Shown here piece by piece: positions 1 to 10,797 of a stretch of 64,000 nucleotides of DNA. The number at the start of each line of letters is the position of its first letter. Within the stretch, counting starts at the first letter, position 1. The stretch is from Deltaproteobacteria bacterium TL4 (GTDB lineage Bacteria; SAR324; NAC60-12): the NCBI GenBank assembly GCA_051382335.1, contig JBBCAX010000202.1, positions 1-64,000 on the forward strand, given 5' to 3'. The notes under the pieces are model-generated. The model saw nothing but the letters and a program-made list of their open reading frames with translations. It was not told the origin of the DNA and did no database searches. A program made the position numbers and the translations under genes.

Positions 1-40
1 TGACAAATAGGAAAAGTAGGACTAAAATTTTAGAGGACAT
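1..40 (-). CDS. possible 5' end of an exported protein running off the window (MSSKILVLLFLFV...)
   Basis: ATG at 40-38 on the minus strand followed by a basic then hydrophobic, signal-peptide-like stretch; only 13 codons visible. Confidence 0.3.
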   Translation of the reverse strand, partial: MSSKILVLLFLFV

Positions 41-401
41 CCTCTCAGGACTCTTTAACAGAGCCTGTAGGGGGGCTGAAATTTTTACGATCAATGACAT
101 TCATGTTGTATGAAAAACGCTCTCACGGCCTTTTCAGGGGGTCATTTTTTACACCGAAAAAAATTCAAGTACGACATTTATTTTCTGACTATCTATAGCA
201 AGAACGAAAACGATGTGCTTTTTGCAGGAATTCAGTTTGACGAAAAAGTAAGACTGGAGCATGGAATTCTACAAATTCTGTTGCCAGAAAAATTTCAATA
301 AAACCTGATAGTTATCTTTCCCAGAGGGGGTATGAGTGAAGCGTTCGGGGGGTAAATAAATGGAAAGTTTTTTTAAGCGTATTCTTTGTTGGAGAACAGC
401 G

Positions 402-752
402 ATGGCATTACATAAAATAGGTGAAGAATCAGAAATCCCTGTAGGGGGCAAAAAGGTATTTAAAGTTAACGATGAAACTATACTGGTTTTTCATCTAGAC
501 GATGGTTTTTATGCAGTACAAAACCGTTGTACTCATGTTTTTGCGCCTCTGGACAAGGGGAAACTGGTAGATGGATGTAAAATACAATGTCCTTTTCACC
601 GTGCCCAGTTTGATGTAAAGACAGGAGAAGTGATTGCTTGGGCTAATTTTCCTCCTGGAATTCAGTTGCTTAATGTAATCCGTAAGGAAAAAACATTAAA
701 AACTTATCAGATTACAGTGCAGGAGGGCGAGTTATTTGCGGACGTTGAATAA
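402..752 (+). CDS. Rieske-type [2Fe-2S] ferredoxin
   Basis: CTH and CPFH Rieske ligand motifs; GGAG RBS at 391-394 favours ATG 402 over 360. Confidence 0.9.
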   Translation: MALHKIGEESEIPVGGKKVFKVNDETILVFHLDDGFYAVQNRCTHVFAPLDKGKLVDGCKIQCPFHRAQFDVKTGEVIAWANFPPGIQLLNVIRKEKTLKTYQITVQEGELFADVE

Positions 753-809
753 CAAAATTGGCAAATCTTGTATTAAGGGCGACATCGACATCACGAATTG
801 TAAACCCCT

Positions 810-1496
810 TTAAAAGTAGTACCTTACAGAAATTGAGGGTAAGCCTATACTTAAAGATTTTCTTCGTCCAATATTTTGATTAGTGATGCCGATTTCTGTA
901 GAAATTCCAATGTTTGGATACGTAAGTTGGAACATTTCGATACCTATCGCCGCATTTAATCGTGTCCCCGTCGTGGTGATGTCACTGAATTCGTCATTGA
1001 CATTCAAATGTCCCACGCCGGCAGCCCAATAAAGCTGGTGATTCCCTTCCTGAAGAAACGTCCGGACAAATCGGATTTCCAAAGAAAATATAGATAGTAA
1101 ATTTTGTCCTCCGCCTTTGGTCTCTGAATACCCTAGCAATAATTCCATCGCATCCAGGGCATTGAGCCAGTTTTTAAAAGACATGGCTCCTAAATTATAT
1201 TCTTGGTTATTACCTTCACCTGTAAGTGCAACACCACGTTGATAAAAACCTAGTCCAAATTTACGTGTTAGATCAGGACGGAAACTGTCAAATTCAATCA
1301 GTCGAACATCCGCACGTTCAATTTGTAATATCCCAAAGCCTCGATCCGATTCCAAGAAAACTATTTGTTCATCCATTTTCTGGATACGCCCACTCAGGGA
1401 CTCCCCACTGTTGAGATGTACTATGGCGCCAAAACAAGGGGAGGAACTCAACACTATCAGCAAGAGCGTTGAAAAAGTAATAAGCTTTGTTTTCAT
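810..1496 (-). CDS. putative outer-membrane beta-barrel protein with small N-terminal beta domain
   Basis: signal peptide, alternating amphipathic strands, C-terminal ...SVRYYF (BAM-type terminal Phe). Confidence 0.65.
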   Translation of the reverse strand: MKTKLITFSTLLLIVLSSSPCFGAIVHLNSGESLSGRIQKMDEQIVFLESDRGFGILQIERADVRLIEFDSFRPDLTRKFGLGFYQRGVALTGEGNNQEYNLGAMSFKNWLNALDAMELLLGYSETKGGGQNLLSIFSLEIRFVRTFLQEGNHQLYWAAGVGHLNVNDEFSDITTTGTRLNAAIGIEMFQLTYPNIGISTEIGITNQNIGRRKSLSIGLPSISVRYYF

Positions 1497-1775
1497 TATG
1501 CCTCTACAATTCTGAGATTCTTAAAAATAGTCTCAATCAGACCATGACGTATAGAAATGCAAATGGTGCACCCAGTTTGATGTTGAAACAGAACATGCTC
1601 TTAACTTTCAATCATTTGATTTACTGGACATTCATTAATTGTCAGCAGTGTTTTCTTGACTTTCCTGGCGCTTTGAAGAAAATTAAAGAAGAAATAACTT
1701 CGATAATGGTTACACCTCATTGGGAACGCCTTCCCTGCGATATTTGATGAACTTATAGAAACCGGAAAACCATCC

Positions 1776-2897
1776 ATGACTTTGATAGAAACGTTTGAAC
1801 AACAATTAATAAGGTACTGGAGTCAGCTGGAGTCCAGGAAAACCTGGAAGGAATGGATTCAATGGCTACGTAATGCAGGGTATCCCCATGATGTTCCAGG
1901 TTTAAAAAAGGGTTCAGTTGACGAACAAGTGAATTATCAGACCTTTTTGAGGGAAGGTGAGCCCTTTCTAAGAGCCTCGCCTGAATGGTTCAAGCAATTA
2001 TCCTCTCCAGAGTGGTTACACTCACAAAATTTAGTCATTATCCCCTCAACGAAGTCTGCTCAAGCGGGATCATCGGCTATAGAAAATTTGGAGACTCAAA
2101 TTAAATATTTAAAAAATGAGCTTCAAAAATTACAACAACGAACAGCGAGACTTGAAGCGCACATGGCTTCTTATGGCCCCTCTCCCTCCGTCAATATGGA
2201 CTCCGGAGAATTCCCCTCTGTTGAAAAATATGCGCATGGATTAATGGCGACATCACCCACGATTCCCCTCAATCAAGCACAAATCATGGATAAGGAATTA
2301 ACCCTCCGACGCTTAACCCAAAAACCTAGAAAAGAAGTTGAGTTTGCTGAAGAAAACTTCAAAGTAGTTTTGGAACGATTGGAAAATGTTTATTTGAGTA
2401 TGAATGATTGGTGTTCACATTTTGCGAAGGCAGGCCTGAATCTACAGCAGTTGTCATCAACCCCTCTTGAGGTTGCAGGCAGTCATCAAATATCATTTCG
2501 CCAATTTGGACACCGAATAGCGAGAAAAATCGAAAATCAAGAAGCACTTGCTCAGTTTCTCAAACGATTTGAAGACCGATTCAAAGATGGTATCAATCCC
2601 CATCTTCACCCGTCCTCAACAACCCCGATTTTTTCTGGCTCCTCAACATCTTTTTCTTCAGATAATAATTTGCCCTCCTCTTCCGGGTTTTCTCAACCTT
2701 CAGAAGAAATGTATCAAGATTTCAACTCATGGTTGGAGTGGCTTCGATCACAGGGAATTGATCCTCAACGTTATACTGCTCAAGATCTTAAAGTCTCCGG
2801 CAGTCACCGTATTTCTTTTACTCAATTTTGTAAACGTATCGAAAGAAATTTGGAGGACATTGACGGTTTTAGACAAGCGCTAGGAATGACGTCCTAA
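1776..2897 (+). CDS. hypothetical protein with internal repeats and a coiled coil
   Basis: 373-aa ORF; two clear copies and one weaker copy of a ~55-aa unit (W..(F/L)..G...L.V.GSH.ISF.QF..RI.R). Confidence 0.8.
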   Translation: MTLIETFEQQLIRYWSQLESRKTWKEWIQWLRNAGYPHDVPGLKKGSVDEQVNYQTFLREGEPFLRASPEWFKQLSSPEWLHSQNLVIIPSTKSAQAGSSAIENLETQIKYLKNELQKLQQRTARLEAHMASYGPSPSVNMDSGEFPSVEKYAHGLMATSPTIPLNQAQIMDKELTLRRLTQKPRKEVEFAEENFKVVLERLENVYLSMNDWCSHFAKAGLNLQQLSSTPLEVAGSHQISFRQFGHRIARKIENQEALAQFLKRFEDRFKDGINPHLHPSSTTPIFSGSSTSFSSDNNLPSSSGFSQPSEEMYQDFNSWLEWLRSQGIDPQRYTAQDLKVSGSHRISFTQFCKRIERNLEDIDGFRQALGMTS

Positions 2898-3134
2898 AGT
2901 CAGCGGTTTCTATTGCCCACCTCATTTTGTTTTGATATATAATCCCTAGAGGACAATTGGTGTCGATTTTTTTACCACAATTTTGCGAAATATTTCCAAT
3001 TTATTTAATAGGATGAGTCCTTTCAAATTAATCGGAAAAACAGACACGAAGTGAAAAATGCGACTTGTTACCTTACACTGCAATTATAGCTCAACTGAAG
3101 TTTGAGTATGCTTTTCCGGATTTCTGAAAAATAA

Positions 3135-4985
3135 GTGAGTCTTTTGATGGTAATGACACCTAACGAAAAATATGATAGTTCATCCATGTCTGTACCTGAA
3201 TCCCATCGAATTTTAATCGTGGATGATGATGAAATGATGAGAAAGGTGATTGGTCGAATTATGAAAGACACTCCCTATCAAATTGATTTTGCTGTTGATG
3301 GACAAATGGGGATTGACCGCTGGCAAAAAGCTAGTAAGTGGACAATGGAGACAGAATCTGGTCTTGCTAAAGCGGTTCCTTATGATTTGATGGTTGTGGA
3401 TTTAAGAATGCCTGTTTTAGATGGAGAATCACTTATTCGTGAAATACGAAAAACGGATGCCCAAATTGCGTTTATTATTCTCACAGGACATGGCGACTTA
3501 CGCCAAGCCCTGGAACTTTTAAAAGAATTGAGTATCTCTGATTTTTTACAGAAACCTCTCAATCACCCCGATCAACTCCTCTTTTCTATTGAAAATGCGC
3601 TTGAAAAACAGAAACTCCAAAGAAGACTAGAACTTGCGTTTCAAGTACAACAACGAATTTCAAACGATCTGGCGCATACTGTGAAAGAACTGAATGACAT
3701 TCAAGGGGAATTGAAAACCCGAAACGAAGAACTCCAATATGAAATCATCCAAAGAAAAGAGGCTGAAAAACAATTACTTGAGAATTATTATGAGATCGAG
3801 GCCATTGTTGAAGAACGGACAAAAGAACTAAAAATCGCCAAAGAGCAGGCAGAATCCGCAAATGTCGCAAAATCTCAATTCCTGGCCAATATGAGTCATG
3901 AAATTCGTACGCCTTTGAATGCGATTATTGGCTTTAGTCAAATTTTACTGATGAAAGCCCCTAAATTTGACTTATCAGATAAGTTTTTACGACATTTAAG
4001 AAATATTAAATTGAGCGGAGAACATCTGGCAAAATTAATTAATGATATTTTAGAACTTTCAAAAATTGAAGCCAATCAATTGAGCTATCTTGAAGAGGAT
4101 GTCTACTTAAAAAACGTATTTAAAGAAATTATTCGTATCAATAGAATTCAGGCCAAACAAAAAGATATTCAATTTAGTTATGATTATGATCCAGAACTCC
4201 CTGCAATTATTAGATCTGATGCCATTAAACTCAATCAAATTCTGATGAACCTGATTTCTAATGCTATCAAGTTTACCCCCGAAATGAAATCGGTACATGT
4301 AAGTGCCATGCGTCAGGAAAAATGGCTAACATTTGAGGTAAAAGACGAAGGCATCGGTATTCCCAAAGATCGTCAGGAAGCAATATTTAATGCCTTTGAA
4401 CAAGTGGATAACTCAACTACTCGTCAATATGGAGGGACGGGATTGGGGTTGACGATTACTAAACAGTTAATTCAGCTCATGAGCGGAGAAATTGGTTTAG
4501 AGAGTGAGCTCGGAAAAGGGAGTGTCTTTTATGTCCACTTACCTTTAATCGTCGTCAAAGAAGAGGGGGTATGTGTTGAAATGGAAGTCATCAATTCTCA
4601 TTACTCCGAAAATAGTGTGGTTTTGGTTGCGGAAGATAATTTTCTAAACCTGGAAATGATTCAGGCTTTATTAAGTGATATGAAACTCCAATGTTATATC
4701 GCTGAAAACGGAAAAGAGGCTTACGAAAAAACCCTTGAACTTCAAGCGTCAGGTAACTTGCCCGATTTGATTTTGATGGACATGCACATGCCGGAAATGA
4801 ATGGTATCACCGCAGCCCAAATGATCCATCAGCATTCAGGATGTGAAAAAATCCCTATTGTCGCTCTTTCTGCGGATGCATTTATTGAGCAGCAAAAAGA
4901 AGCTTTTAATCAGGGTATTATTGATTATCTCATCAAACCGTTAGACGTTGATCAACTGATTCGAATACTCAATAAGTACTTATAA
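3135..4985 (+). CDS. hybrid sensor histidine kinase (REC-HisKA-HATPase-REC)
   Basis: ILIVDDD and VDLRMP receiver; [10 protein letters not shown]-box; N, G1, F, G2 boxes; C-terminal receiver LMDMHMP; start uncertain (ATG 3147, 3153 or 3186). Confidence 0.95.
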   Translation: MSLLMVMTPNEKYDSSSMSVPESHRILIVDDDEMMRKVIGRIMKDTPYQIDFAVDGQMGIDRWQKASKWTMETESGLAKAVPYDLMVVDLRMPVLDGESLIREIRKTDAQIAFIILTGHGDLRQALELLKELSISDFLQKPLNHPDQLLFSIENALEKQKLQRRLELAFQVQQRISNDLAHTVKELNDIQGELKTRNEELQYEIIQRKEAEKQLLENYYEIEAIVEERTKELKIAKEQAESANVAKSQFLANMSHEIRTPLNAIIGFSQILLMKAPKFDLSDKFLRHLRNIKLSGEHLAKLINDILELSKIEANQLSYLEEDVYLKNVFKEIIRINRIQAKQKDIQFSYDYDPELPAIIRSDAIKLNQILMNLISNAIKFTPEMKSVHVSAMRQEKWLTFEVKDEGIGIPKDRQEAIFNAFEQVDNSTTRQYGGTGLGLTITKQLIQLMSGEIGLESELGKGSVFYVHLPLIVVKEEGVCVEMEVINSHYSENSVVLVAEDNFLNLEMIQALLSDMKLQCYIAENGKEAYEKTLELQASGNLPDLILMDMHMPEMNGITAAQMIHQHSGCEKIPIVALSADAFIEQQKEAFNQGIIDYLIKPLDVDQLIRILNKYL

Positions 4986-5016
4986 CCCCCTCTCAACTCT
5001 GACTTTTAACGCAATT

Positions 5017-6819
5017 ATGAAAGAAAAAAGAAGATTCATTTTACTTTTTCTGATTATGGCTGTGATCTCACTCAGTGTGGGGAGTACTGTAATTCTCATT
5101 CTTTACAATGCGTCAATAGAACAACAAAAAGAACGCTTAGTTGAAACAGTAAATATTCAAGCAAAGTTGATTGAAGCCATCGCCTTGTATAATCAAAATC
5201 AATATCATGCCAGTGATCGTGATAATCATGCTCTTATTTCAACTTTAGATGTTGTCGTAAACGCAAATCATCAAAGTGAAAAAGTAGGTAAGACGGGGGA
5301 ATTGTTTATTGCCAAGCATGAGCACGAACAAATAGTTATTTTGTTTTCTCATCGTCATCACAATGAGACCGAGGCTTTACCGGAAGTGCCTTATGCTGAA
5401 CCTATGAAGCAAGCATTATTAGGACATTCCGGAAGCATGATAGGCATTGATAACAACGGGATAGAAGTCTTAGCCGCATATGCGCATGTCCCTATTATTA
5501 ATTATGGGATAGTTGCAAAAATAGATCTATATGATATTCGCAAACCCTTCATTCAAGCCAGTATTATTTGTGGTATTGCGACCTTTGTATTGATTATTGT
5601 GGGAGCTGTCTTGTTTTTTAAAATCAGCGACCCAATTCTTAAAGTGGTCATGAGGAAACAAGAAGAGTTGGAGTCAACCGTCGAGTTACGAACCAAAGAG
5701 TTAAAATTAAGTAATGAACGACTCAGGGAAACTCAAACTCGCTTCCAAGAAATATTGGATCACAGTCCCACCATTATCTATCTTAAAAATAGTCAAGGTA
5801 AGTATATCTTAATTAATCAAAAATTCATCAATCTACTTCATTGTGCCGAAGGGCATATTATTGGAAAAACAGCATACGACTTTTTTCCAGAACAATTTGC
5901 CGAGACATTACATCAAAATGACGAAGAGGTTTTCAGAAATAGGCAAGCCTTGGAACGAGAAGAACAAATACCTCAGGATGATAGCGTCCATACTTATCTG
6001 TCTATTAAGTTCCCTCTTTATGACCAGAAAAAGGAGGTGTTTGCGGTATGCAGTATTTCAACGGATATTACGTCCATTAAAAAAACACATGCTCAACTGA
6101 TTCAGTCTTCTAAACTGGCGGCCATCGGAGAGTTAGCAACAGGGATCGCACATGAACTCAGTCAACCGTTAATGTTCATACGTACTCACGCACAACTGGA
6201 GTCTCGTGCAGGTGTCAATGGTATCAATGCTCTGTCTGCGTATGACACACTAAAGGACATCGAAGATGGAACAGGACGCATGATGAAAATCATAAATCAT
6301 TTGAAAGATTTTGCTCGTCAAACAGATTTTGATTTAACTCCACTGGATCTCCATGAAGTCCTGGAACGTAGTTTTACATTATTTTATGAGCAATTTCGTG
6401 TTCGGAAAATTACAATTTTAAAAGACTATGAGCAAGAACTGCCAGAAATTCTTGGAAATGCGAATCAACTGGAACAAGTGTTTGTTAATTGTCTCAGTAA
6501 TGCGAGAGATGCTGTAGAAGGAAAAAGCGAGGCGCAGATAGAAGTGTCAACCTCTATTTTTCAATCTGAGGAAGGAAGTAAAAGCGTGGTTGTGTGCTTC
6601 AAAGACAACGGTAAGGGAATTAGCGCAGTTCATTTGAATAGTGTCTTTGATCCCTTTTTTACGACGAAAGAAGTCGGCAAGGGAACAGGACTAGGGCTGT
6701 CCATCAGTTACGGCATCATTCAGGAACATCAAGGAAGTATCACTATCATGAGTCAAGAGGGACATGGCACCACTGTCAACATTCTGTTACCCCCTTTGAC
6801 AAACCTCCCAGAAAAATAG
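5017..6819 (+). CDS. membrane sensor histidine kinase (2 TM, Cache-like periplasmic region, PAS, NtrB-type kinase)
   Basis: two TM helices, PAS, AHELSQPL H-box, DPFFTTKEVGKGTGLGLS. Confidence 0.95.
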   Translation: MKEKRRFILLFLIMAVISLSVGSTVILILYNASIEQQKERLVETVNIQAKLIEAIALYNQNQYHASDRDNHALISTLDVVVNANHQSEKVGKTGELFIAKHEHEQIVILFSHRHHNETEALPEVPYAEPMKQALLGHSGSMIGIDNNGIEVLAAYAHVPIINYGIVAKIDLYDIRKPFIQASIICGIATFVLIIVGAVLFFKISDPILKVVMRKQEELESTVELRTKELKLSNERLRETQTRFQEILDHSPTIIYLKNSQGKYILINQKFINLLHCAEGHIIGKTAYDFFPEQFAETLHQNDEEVFRNRQALEREEQIPQDDSVHTYLSIKFPLYDQKKEVFAVCSISTDITSIKKTHAQLIQSSKLAAIGELATGIAHELSQPLMFIRTHAQLESRAGVNGINALSAYDTLKDIEDGTGRMMKIINHLKDFARQTDFDLTPLDLHEVLERSFTLFYEQFRVRKITILKDYEQELPEILGNANQLEQVFVNCLSNARDAVEGKSEAQIEVSTSIFQSEEGSKSVVVCFKDNGKGISAVHLNSVFDPFFTTKEVGKGTGLGLSISYGIIQEHQGSITIMSQEGHGTTVNILLPPLTNLPEK

Positions 6820-6954
6820 GCGGCTCCTCATTGACGGACAGAGGTTCATCTGTTAGCATACCGAAAGCAACGTGGCAATCCGCACGACGAAAAATGAATT
6901 TGGAAAGTCTAGACTATATAGACACCAAGGACAAAATATCAAAATGACTCCACG

Positions 6955-6967
6955 TAAGCTATTGATA
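6955..6967 (-). promoter_or_regulatory. IHF-binding consensus just downstream of the tRNA 3' end
   Basis: minus strand TATCAATAGCTTA matches WATCAANNNNTTR. Confidence 0.45.
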
Positions 6968-6971
6968 TCCT

Positions 6972-7047
6972 TGGTGGGTCGACCGGGATTCGAACCCGGG
7001 ACCACCTGATTAAAAGTCAGATGCTCTACCGACTGAGCTATCGACCC
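6972..7047 (-). tRNA. tRNA-Lys (anticodon TTT)
   Basis: GGGTCGATAGCTCAGTCGGTAGAGCATCTGACTTTTAATCAGGTGGTCCCGGGTTCGAATCCCGGTCGACCCACCA; 76-nt cloverleaf with encoded CCA. Confidence 0.99.
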
Positions 7048-7061
7048 GAATGGGAAGCGCA

Positions 7062-7091
7062 ATTAAATATCACATACAGATACAATGTCAA
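7062..7091 (-). promoter_or_regulatory. putative sigma70 promoter of tRNA-Lys
   Basis: TTGACA (7091-7086), 18-nt spacer, TTTAAT (7067-7062). Confidence 0.45.
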
Positions 7092-7110
7092 ACCTAATTC
7101 GAATTTTTTA

Positions 7111-7638
7111 TCACTCGCCTTGGAGATTGTTTCCTCCATTATCGGGGACCTCTTGGTCCACTAATTGAGATACCACTTCTACTGTTGTCTCAAATTTGTG
7201 ATCATTTAGGAAAAATTCAAACTTCCAAATGCCAGGCTTCTCAATAGATTCGTCAATAACCACGCCATCATCGGGTACAATCCAAAGCATAGCAACAGGT
7301 TCCAAGACAACAATATTTCCATTTTCAACACTGACAACACCCTCGCCTACAGTTAATTGCCTCATGGTATAAACTTCATTTCCTTCAGAATCAAAGGCTT
7401 TTGCCCCAAAAATGTAGGTCCCAGCATCCACATTAAAATATTGAACTTTCCAATAAAATTTCTTAATTCCCAAGGGGATTTTTTCAAGAGGCACCAGATC
7501 AAATTCCGCAGCTGGTCTTGCAGAAAAGAAAACCCTGGGATTATAAGGATCAGTTACCACCTCGCTATCACGATCCGCGCATCCCCCGACGCTGAAAGCA
7601 AATACGCTTAAAATCAGCATTTGAAAAAAATATCTCAT
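7111..7638 (-). CDS. lipoprotein with Ig-like beta-rich domain, last gene of the pilus operon (pilotin candidate)
   Basis: MRYFFQ... start with GAGG RBS; lipobox VGGC; directly downstream of the secretin. Confidence 0.75.
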   Translation of the reverse strand: MRYFFQMLILSVFAFSVGGCADRDSEVVTDPYNPRVFFSARPAAEFDLVPLEKIPLGIKKFYWKVQYFNVDAGTYIFGAKAFDSEGNEVYTMRQLTVGEGVVSVENGNIVVLEPVAMLWIVPDDGVVIDESIEKPGIWKFEFFLNDHKFETTVEVVSQLVDQEVPDNGGNNLQGE

Positions 7639-7716
7639 AATTCCTCTTGTCCCATATGATCCCAACTTCCAAATGAACCCGTACAAACACCGATTCAAAC
7701 CAAATTTCCATGCATC

Positions 7717-9405
7717 CTAAAGCTCTTTGTAAATTGAAAGATCATACTGTTGAAAAAACTGACGTTCTTTTTCCGTAATTTCGTAAATAGATTTTCCAAT
7801 AAGGACAGTGGGTGTCAACAAAATCACCAATTCTGTTTTCTCATCTTTTATTTGCGAACTTTTAAACAACTCCCCAAGAAAGGGAATATCCCCTAACAGG
7901 GGGATTTTAGTTTCCGTTTGAGTTGTTTTCTTACGGATTAATCCTGCTAACAAGATGGTTTCTCCACTTTTTGCCTGCACCATCGTATTCATTTCACGCA
8001 CAGTCAGTACAGGAGACGAAATAATCAAAACTTTGTTGTTATCCCGTTCCTCGCGTACAGAAAGGAGATCTGTGATCACAGGGTGGATGTCCATCATAAT
8101 GACATTCTTATCACTGATCTGGGGCGTGACGCGTAATGAGACCCCGATCGTAACACTTTCTTTTGTTGCCGATTTAGTATACGTATTCGTTTCCGCATTC
8201 AACGTTTCTGTGATAGAAAAGAAAGGCTCCTCACGGGCAACTTTTATAATTGCGGGTTGGTTATTTAAAGTGGAAATACTGGGTGCAGAAAGAATATTGA
8301 CCTGCGATTCTATTTGAACTGCATCCAATATCGCTGTGGATCGCCCCCGATCTCCTCGAATGACTCCTGAAAAAAAGTTTTGGGAAAGCGGTTGACCTGA
8401 CTTCAGGTCAACTGAGCCATTCTCATGTCTTTCTCCAAAAGGAGTGAAACGTTCCCATCGTATACCAAATTGATTCTCATCATCCAAAACAACTTCCGCA
8501 ATTTTTGCTTCAATACGTACTTGACGATTAACAGAACCTTGGACGAGCTCTAGAAAACGAGCAACCACATCCAAGACTTCTGGACGAGATCGCACTAAGA
8601 TCATTCCCGTACTGCGATTGATAATGAGCTTGGGGGTTTCCAGTTCCTTTTTTGCGGCACTCTCCGTGGCCGTCACCGTAGAAGTTGTGTCAGTGGGTGT
8701 GCCAAATAATGCAGGCTTGGGTGCTTCAGAACCCTGTGGTTTATCCCCAGCAGAGGCAGGAACTGCCTCTTGGGTTGTTTCATCGATTCCCACTAACATT
8801 TTTAACTGAGTTTCAAGCTCCGCCCAGAAATCAGAAGAACTTTCGCTCATGATTTCACCTGTCCCCGTTTCTGTTTTTCCCACTTCAATACTACTGACTT
8901 TAATACTTCCTTTTCCAGAACGCTTAATCAACAGATGATTGAGCGTAAAAATTCGGGTTTTGAATCGTCTTTTTGAAATGCGCAGTACTTGACCTTCCCG
9001 TGAATAATCGAGATCCAGGGGGTCCAATAAGAAAAACAAGACTTCTTCGAGAGTGCTTTGTTTTAAATCAACACTAACCATCCCTTCGACATCAGGATCA
9101 ATCACAATCCCCAGTTTACTATCACGAGCAAAGGCTTGGAGTACTTTCCGAATATCAGACGCGGAGACTTGGATAGAAAAGAGCTTAGGACCTTTTTTGT
9201 CAGCAATGTCTGACCCTATATCCACTTCATCTGGAAGTTCTGCAACCCCGCTTTCCTGTTGAGTGCCCGGCTCCTTATAAGGAGTAACTTCTATCTCACT
9301 ACGGCCTTTTTCTTCTGCAGGTTTACTGATTTTAGAAGTACAACTGACCACCAACAAAAACGCCAGACATCCGGACAGGAGCAACCATACCTTGTTTAAT
9401 CTCAC
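7717..9405 (-). CDS. lipoprotein secretin, MshL-like (type IV filament/T2SS outer-membrane pore)
   Basis: lipobox LVVSC, STN-like N domain, QVRIEAKIAEV, KIPLLGDIPFLGELFK and TELVILLTP secretin motifs; AAGGAGG RBS, GTG start. Confidence 0.93.
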   Translation of the reverse strand: MRLNKVWLLLSGCLAFLLVVSCTSKISKPAEEKGRSEIEVTPYKEPGTQQESGVAELPDEVDIGSDIADKKGPKLFSIQVSASDIRKVLQAFARDSKLGIVIDPDVEGMVSVDLKQSTLEEVLFFLLDPLDLDYSREGQVLRISKRRFKTRIFTLNHLLIKRSGKGSIKVSSIEVGKTETGTGEIMSESSSDFWAELETQLKMLVGIDETTQEAVPASAGDKPQGSEAPKPALFGTPTDTTSTVTATESAAKKELETPKLIINRSTGMILVRSRPEVLDVVARFLELVQGSVNRQVRIEAKIAEVVLDDENQFGIRWERFTPFGERHENGSVDLKSGQPLSQNFFSGVIRGDRGRSTAILDAVQIESQVNILSAPSISTLNNQPAIIKVAREEPFFSITETLNAETNTYTKSATKESVTIGVSLRVTPQISDKNVIMMDIHPVITDLLSVREERDNNKVLIISSPVLTVREMNTMVQAKSGETILLAGLIRKKTTQTETKIPLLGDIPFLGELFKSSQIKDEKTELVILLTPTVLIGKSIYEITEKERQFFQQYDLSIYKEL

Positions 9406-9501
9406 TTTACCTCCTTAAAACAGTGTGTGCACATGACATACGACAACAACATCCATTGATCTATGACAGGTTCTCTACTCAGAACCTAACGTTATTCCTT
9501 G

Positions 9502-10026
9502 TTACTCTGAGTCCTCCTCGAGATCACTGGACTCCTCAACTTCAAAACTAAACGATTGTTCTGTTAGAAAAAGAGTTCTCTTCCCTCGATTCGATTTCAG
9601 AATCACATGATCTTTTCCAATAAACGCAACACTTTCAATTCCAATTTTATCGCGTCTTTTATAAACCTTTCCCTCAATGGTAACAACATATTCTTTTCCA
9701 TTGAAAAAAATCAATTCCATATTTAATTTTGGCAAAGGCTCAACAAACTTATCGGGCATTTTTCGAACCTTTATTTCTTCCTTTGGAGAGGCAAAAGGAT
9801 TTCTTATCCATCCCCGACTTTTAACTTTTGAAATTTCAACCTTCAGATCCTTGGGGATCAAATCCTCCAGAGACGGCTTTTCTTCAACAACCTGCTGGCG
9901 TATGGGTTGCCCCGCTCCTAGGTCCACGGGAGGTACCGGATCACCATCAAAGAGTCCATTGACACTTGCCGCATAAATCGCTCCAATGGGTAACAAGATA
10001 AGTGCAAACATTTCATTTTTTTTCAT
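9502..10026 (-). CDS. PilP/MshK-like alignment subcomplex protein
   Basis: N-terminal TM, RNPF motif, C-terminal beta domain; position between PilO-like gene and secretin. Confidence 0.6.
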   Translation of the reverse strand: MKKNEMFALILLPIGAIYAASVNGLFDGDPVPPVDLGAGQPIRQQVVEEKPSLEDLIPKDLKVEISKVKSRGWIRNPFASPKEEIKVRKMPDKFVEPLPKLNMELIFFNGKEYVVTIEGKVYKRRDKIGIESVAFIGKDHVILKSNRGKRTLFLTEQSFSFEVEESSDLEEDSE

Positions 10027-10137
10027 CGTAAATTCGTCACTGAGGTTTTGTTTTTCGCTCTATCTTTCAAATACGCCAACACATTCCACGATAACAAGTC
10101 TTCTACTTCTATATGGCATATCTCAAACAAAAAGCCA

Positions 10138-10797
10138 TCAATATTTTGGAAAAGGATCATCTTTTTTTCGATTATAAAATCCGACCAGCATAATAACATC
10201 AACTAAGCCTTCACTGCGTTCCATACGCAAAGACACCACCTCTAATACAAACGGAAGTTGTCGCAGCTCTTTGACGAACCAAAAAATATTGGAGTAATCG
10301 GAAATGAACCGGAACTGGATCAGTTGTGTACTCAAAAATTCTTGTATTTTTTCATTTTCAAAAGGATCTTTGTCCTTGACAGGAATAATCTCAATATTAG
10401 GAACTCTGGTTTCCCGTGTGATTTTATAGAGCATCTCATACAAGGATAAGGCTTCTACAGGGATATCAACACCTTGAAAACTTTTATTGATGGAGCTGTA
10501 CATAATACGTCTCGGGAGAGCCGCTTCCATTGGAAACTGATCCACAAACTTTCTCCGGATATTTTCCCACTGGTTTGTTTCTTTTTCTGTAATCTGAGGA
10601 TAAAGTGCAATCTGCTGTTTGATCTCGTTGAGTTGACGTTTTTCATTTTGCAATTTATGCTCTTCGCTAACAGCGTTAAAGTAGGACATTGCAAACAAAT
10701 AAGCGCTAACCAAGAAAAAGAGGGTCAGAATACCAAGAATAATCTCAGATAAGTATCGTTTTAGGTCTCTAGCATTCATAAGCTTACGAAGATTCAA
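10138..10797 (-). CDS. PilO/MshJ/GspM-like protein
   Basis: single TM, coiled coil, C-terminal ferredoxin-like segment (SDYSNIFWFVKELRQLP). Confidence 0.7.
   Translation of the reverse strand: MNLRKLMNARDLKRYLSEIILGILTLFFLVSAYLFAMSYFNAVSEEHKLQNEKRQLNEIKQQIALYPQITEKETNQWENIRRKFVDQFPMEAALPRRIMYSSINKSFQGVDIPVEALSLYEMLYKITRETRVPNIEIIPVKDKDPFENEKIQEFLSTQLIQFRFISDYSNIFWFVKELRQLPFVLEVVSLRMERSEGLVDVIMLVGFYNRKKDDPFPKY

Noticed and set aside
50..70. ggctctgtt-type word resembling an IS end (similar word near 26465)
   Set aside because: No partner inverted repeat, target duplication or transposase in the window
1487..1747. 86-aa ORF in a divergent intergenic region
   Set aside because: Non-ATG start, no RBS, no motif; more likely promoter DNA
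4998..5009. tctgacttttaa identical to the tRNA-Lys anticodon arm
   Set aside because: Only 12 nt, AT-rich and inverted relative to the tRNA; not a credible att duplicate
6853..7062. 69-aa ORF
   Set aside because: Reads through the tRNA-Lys gene
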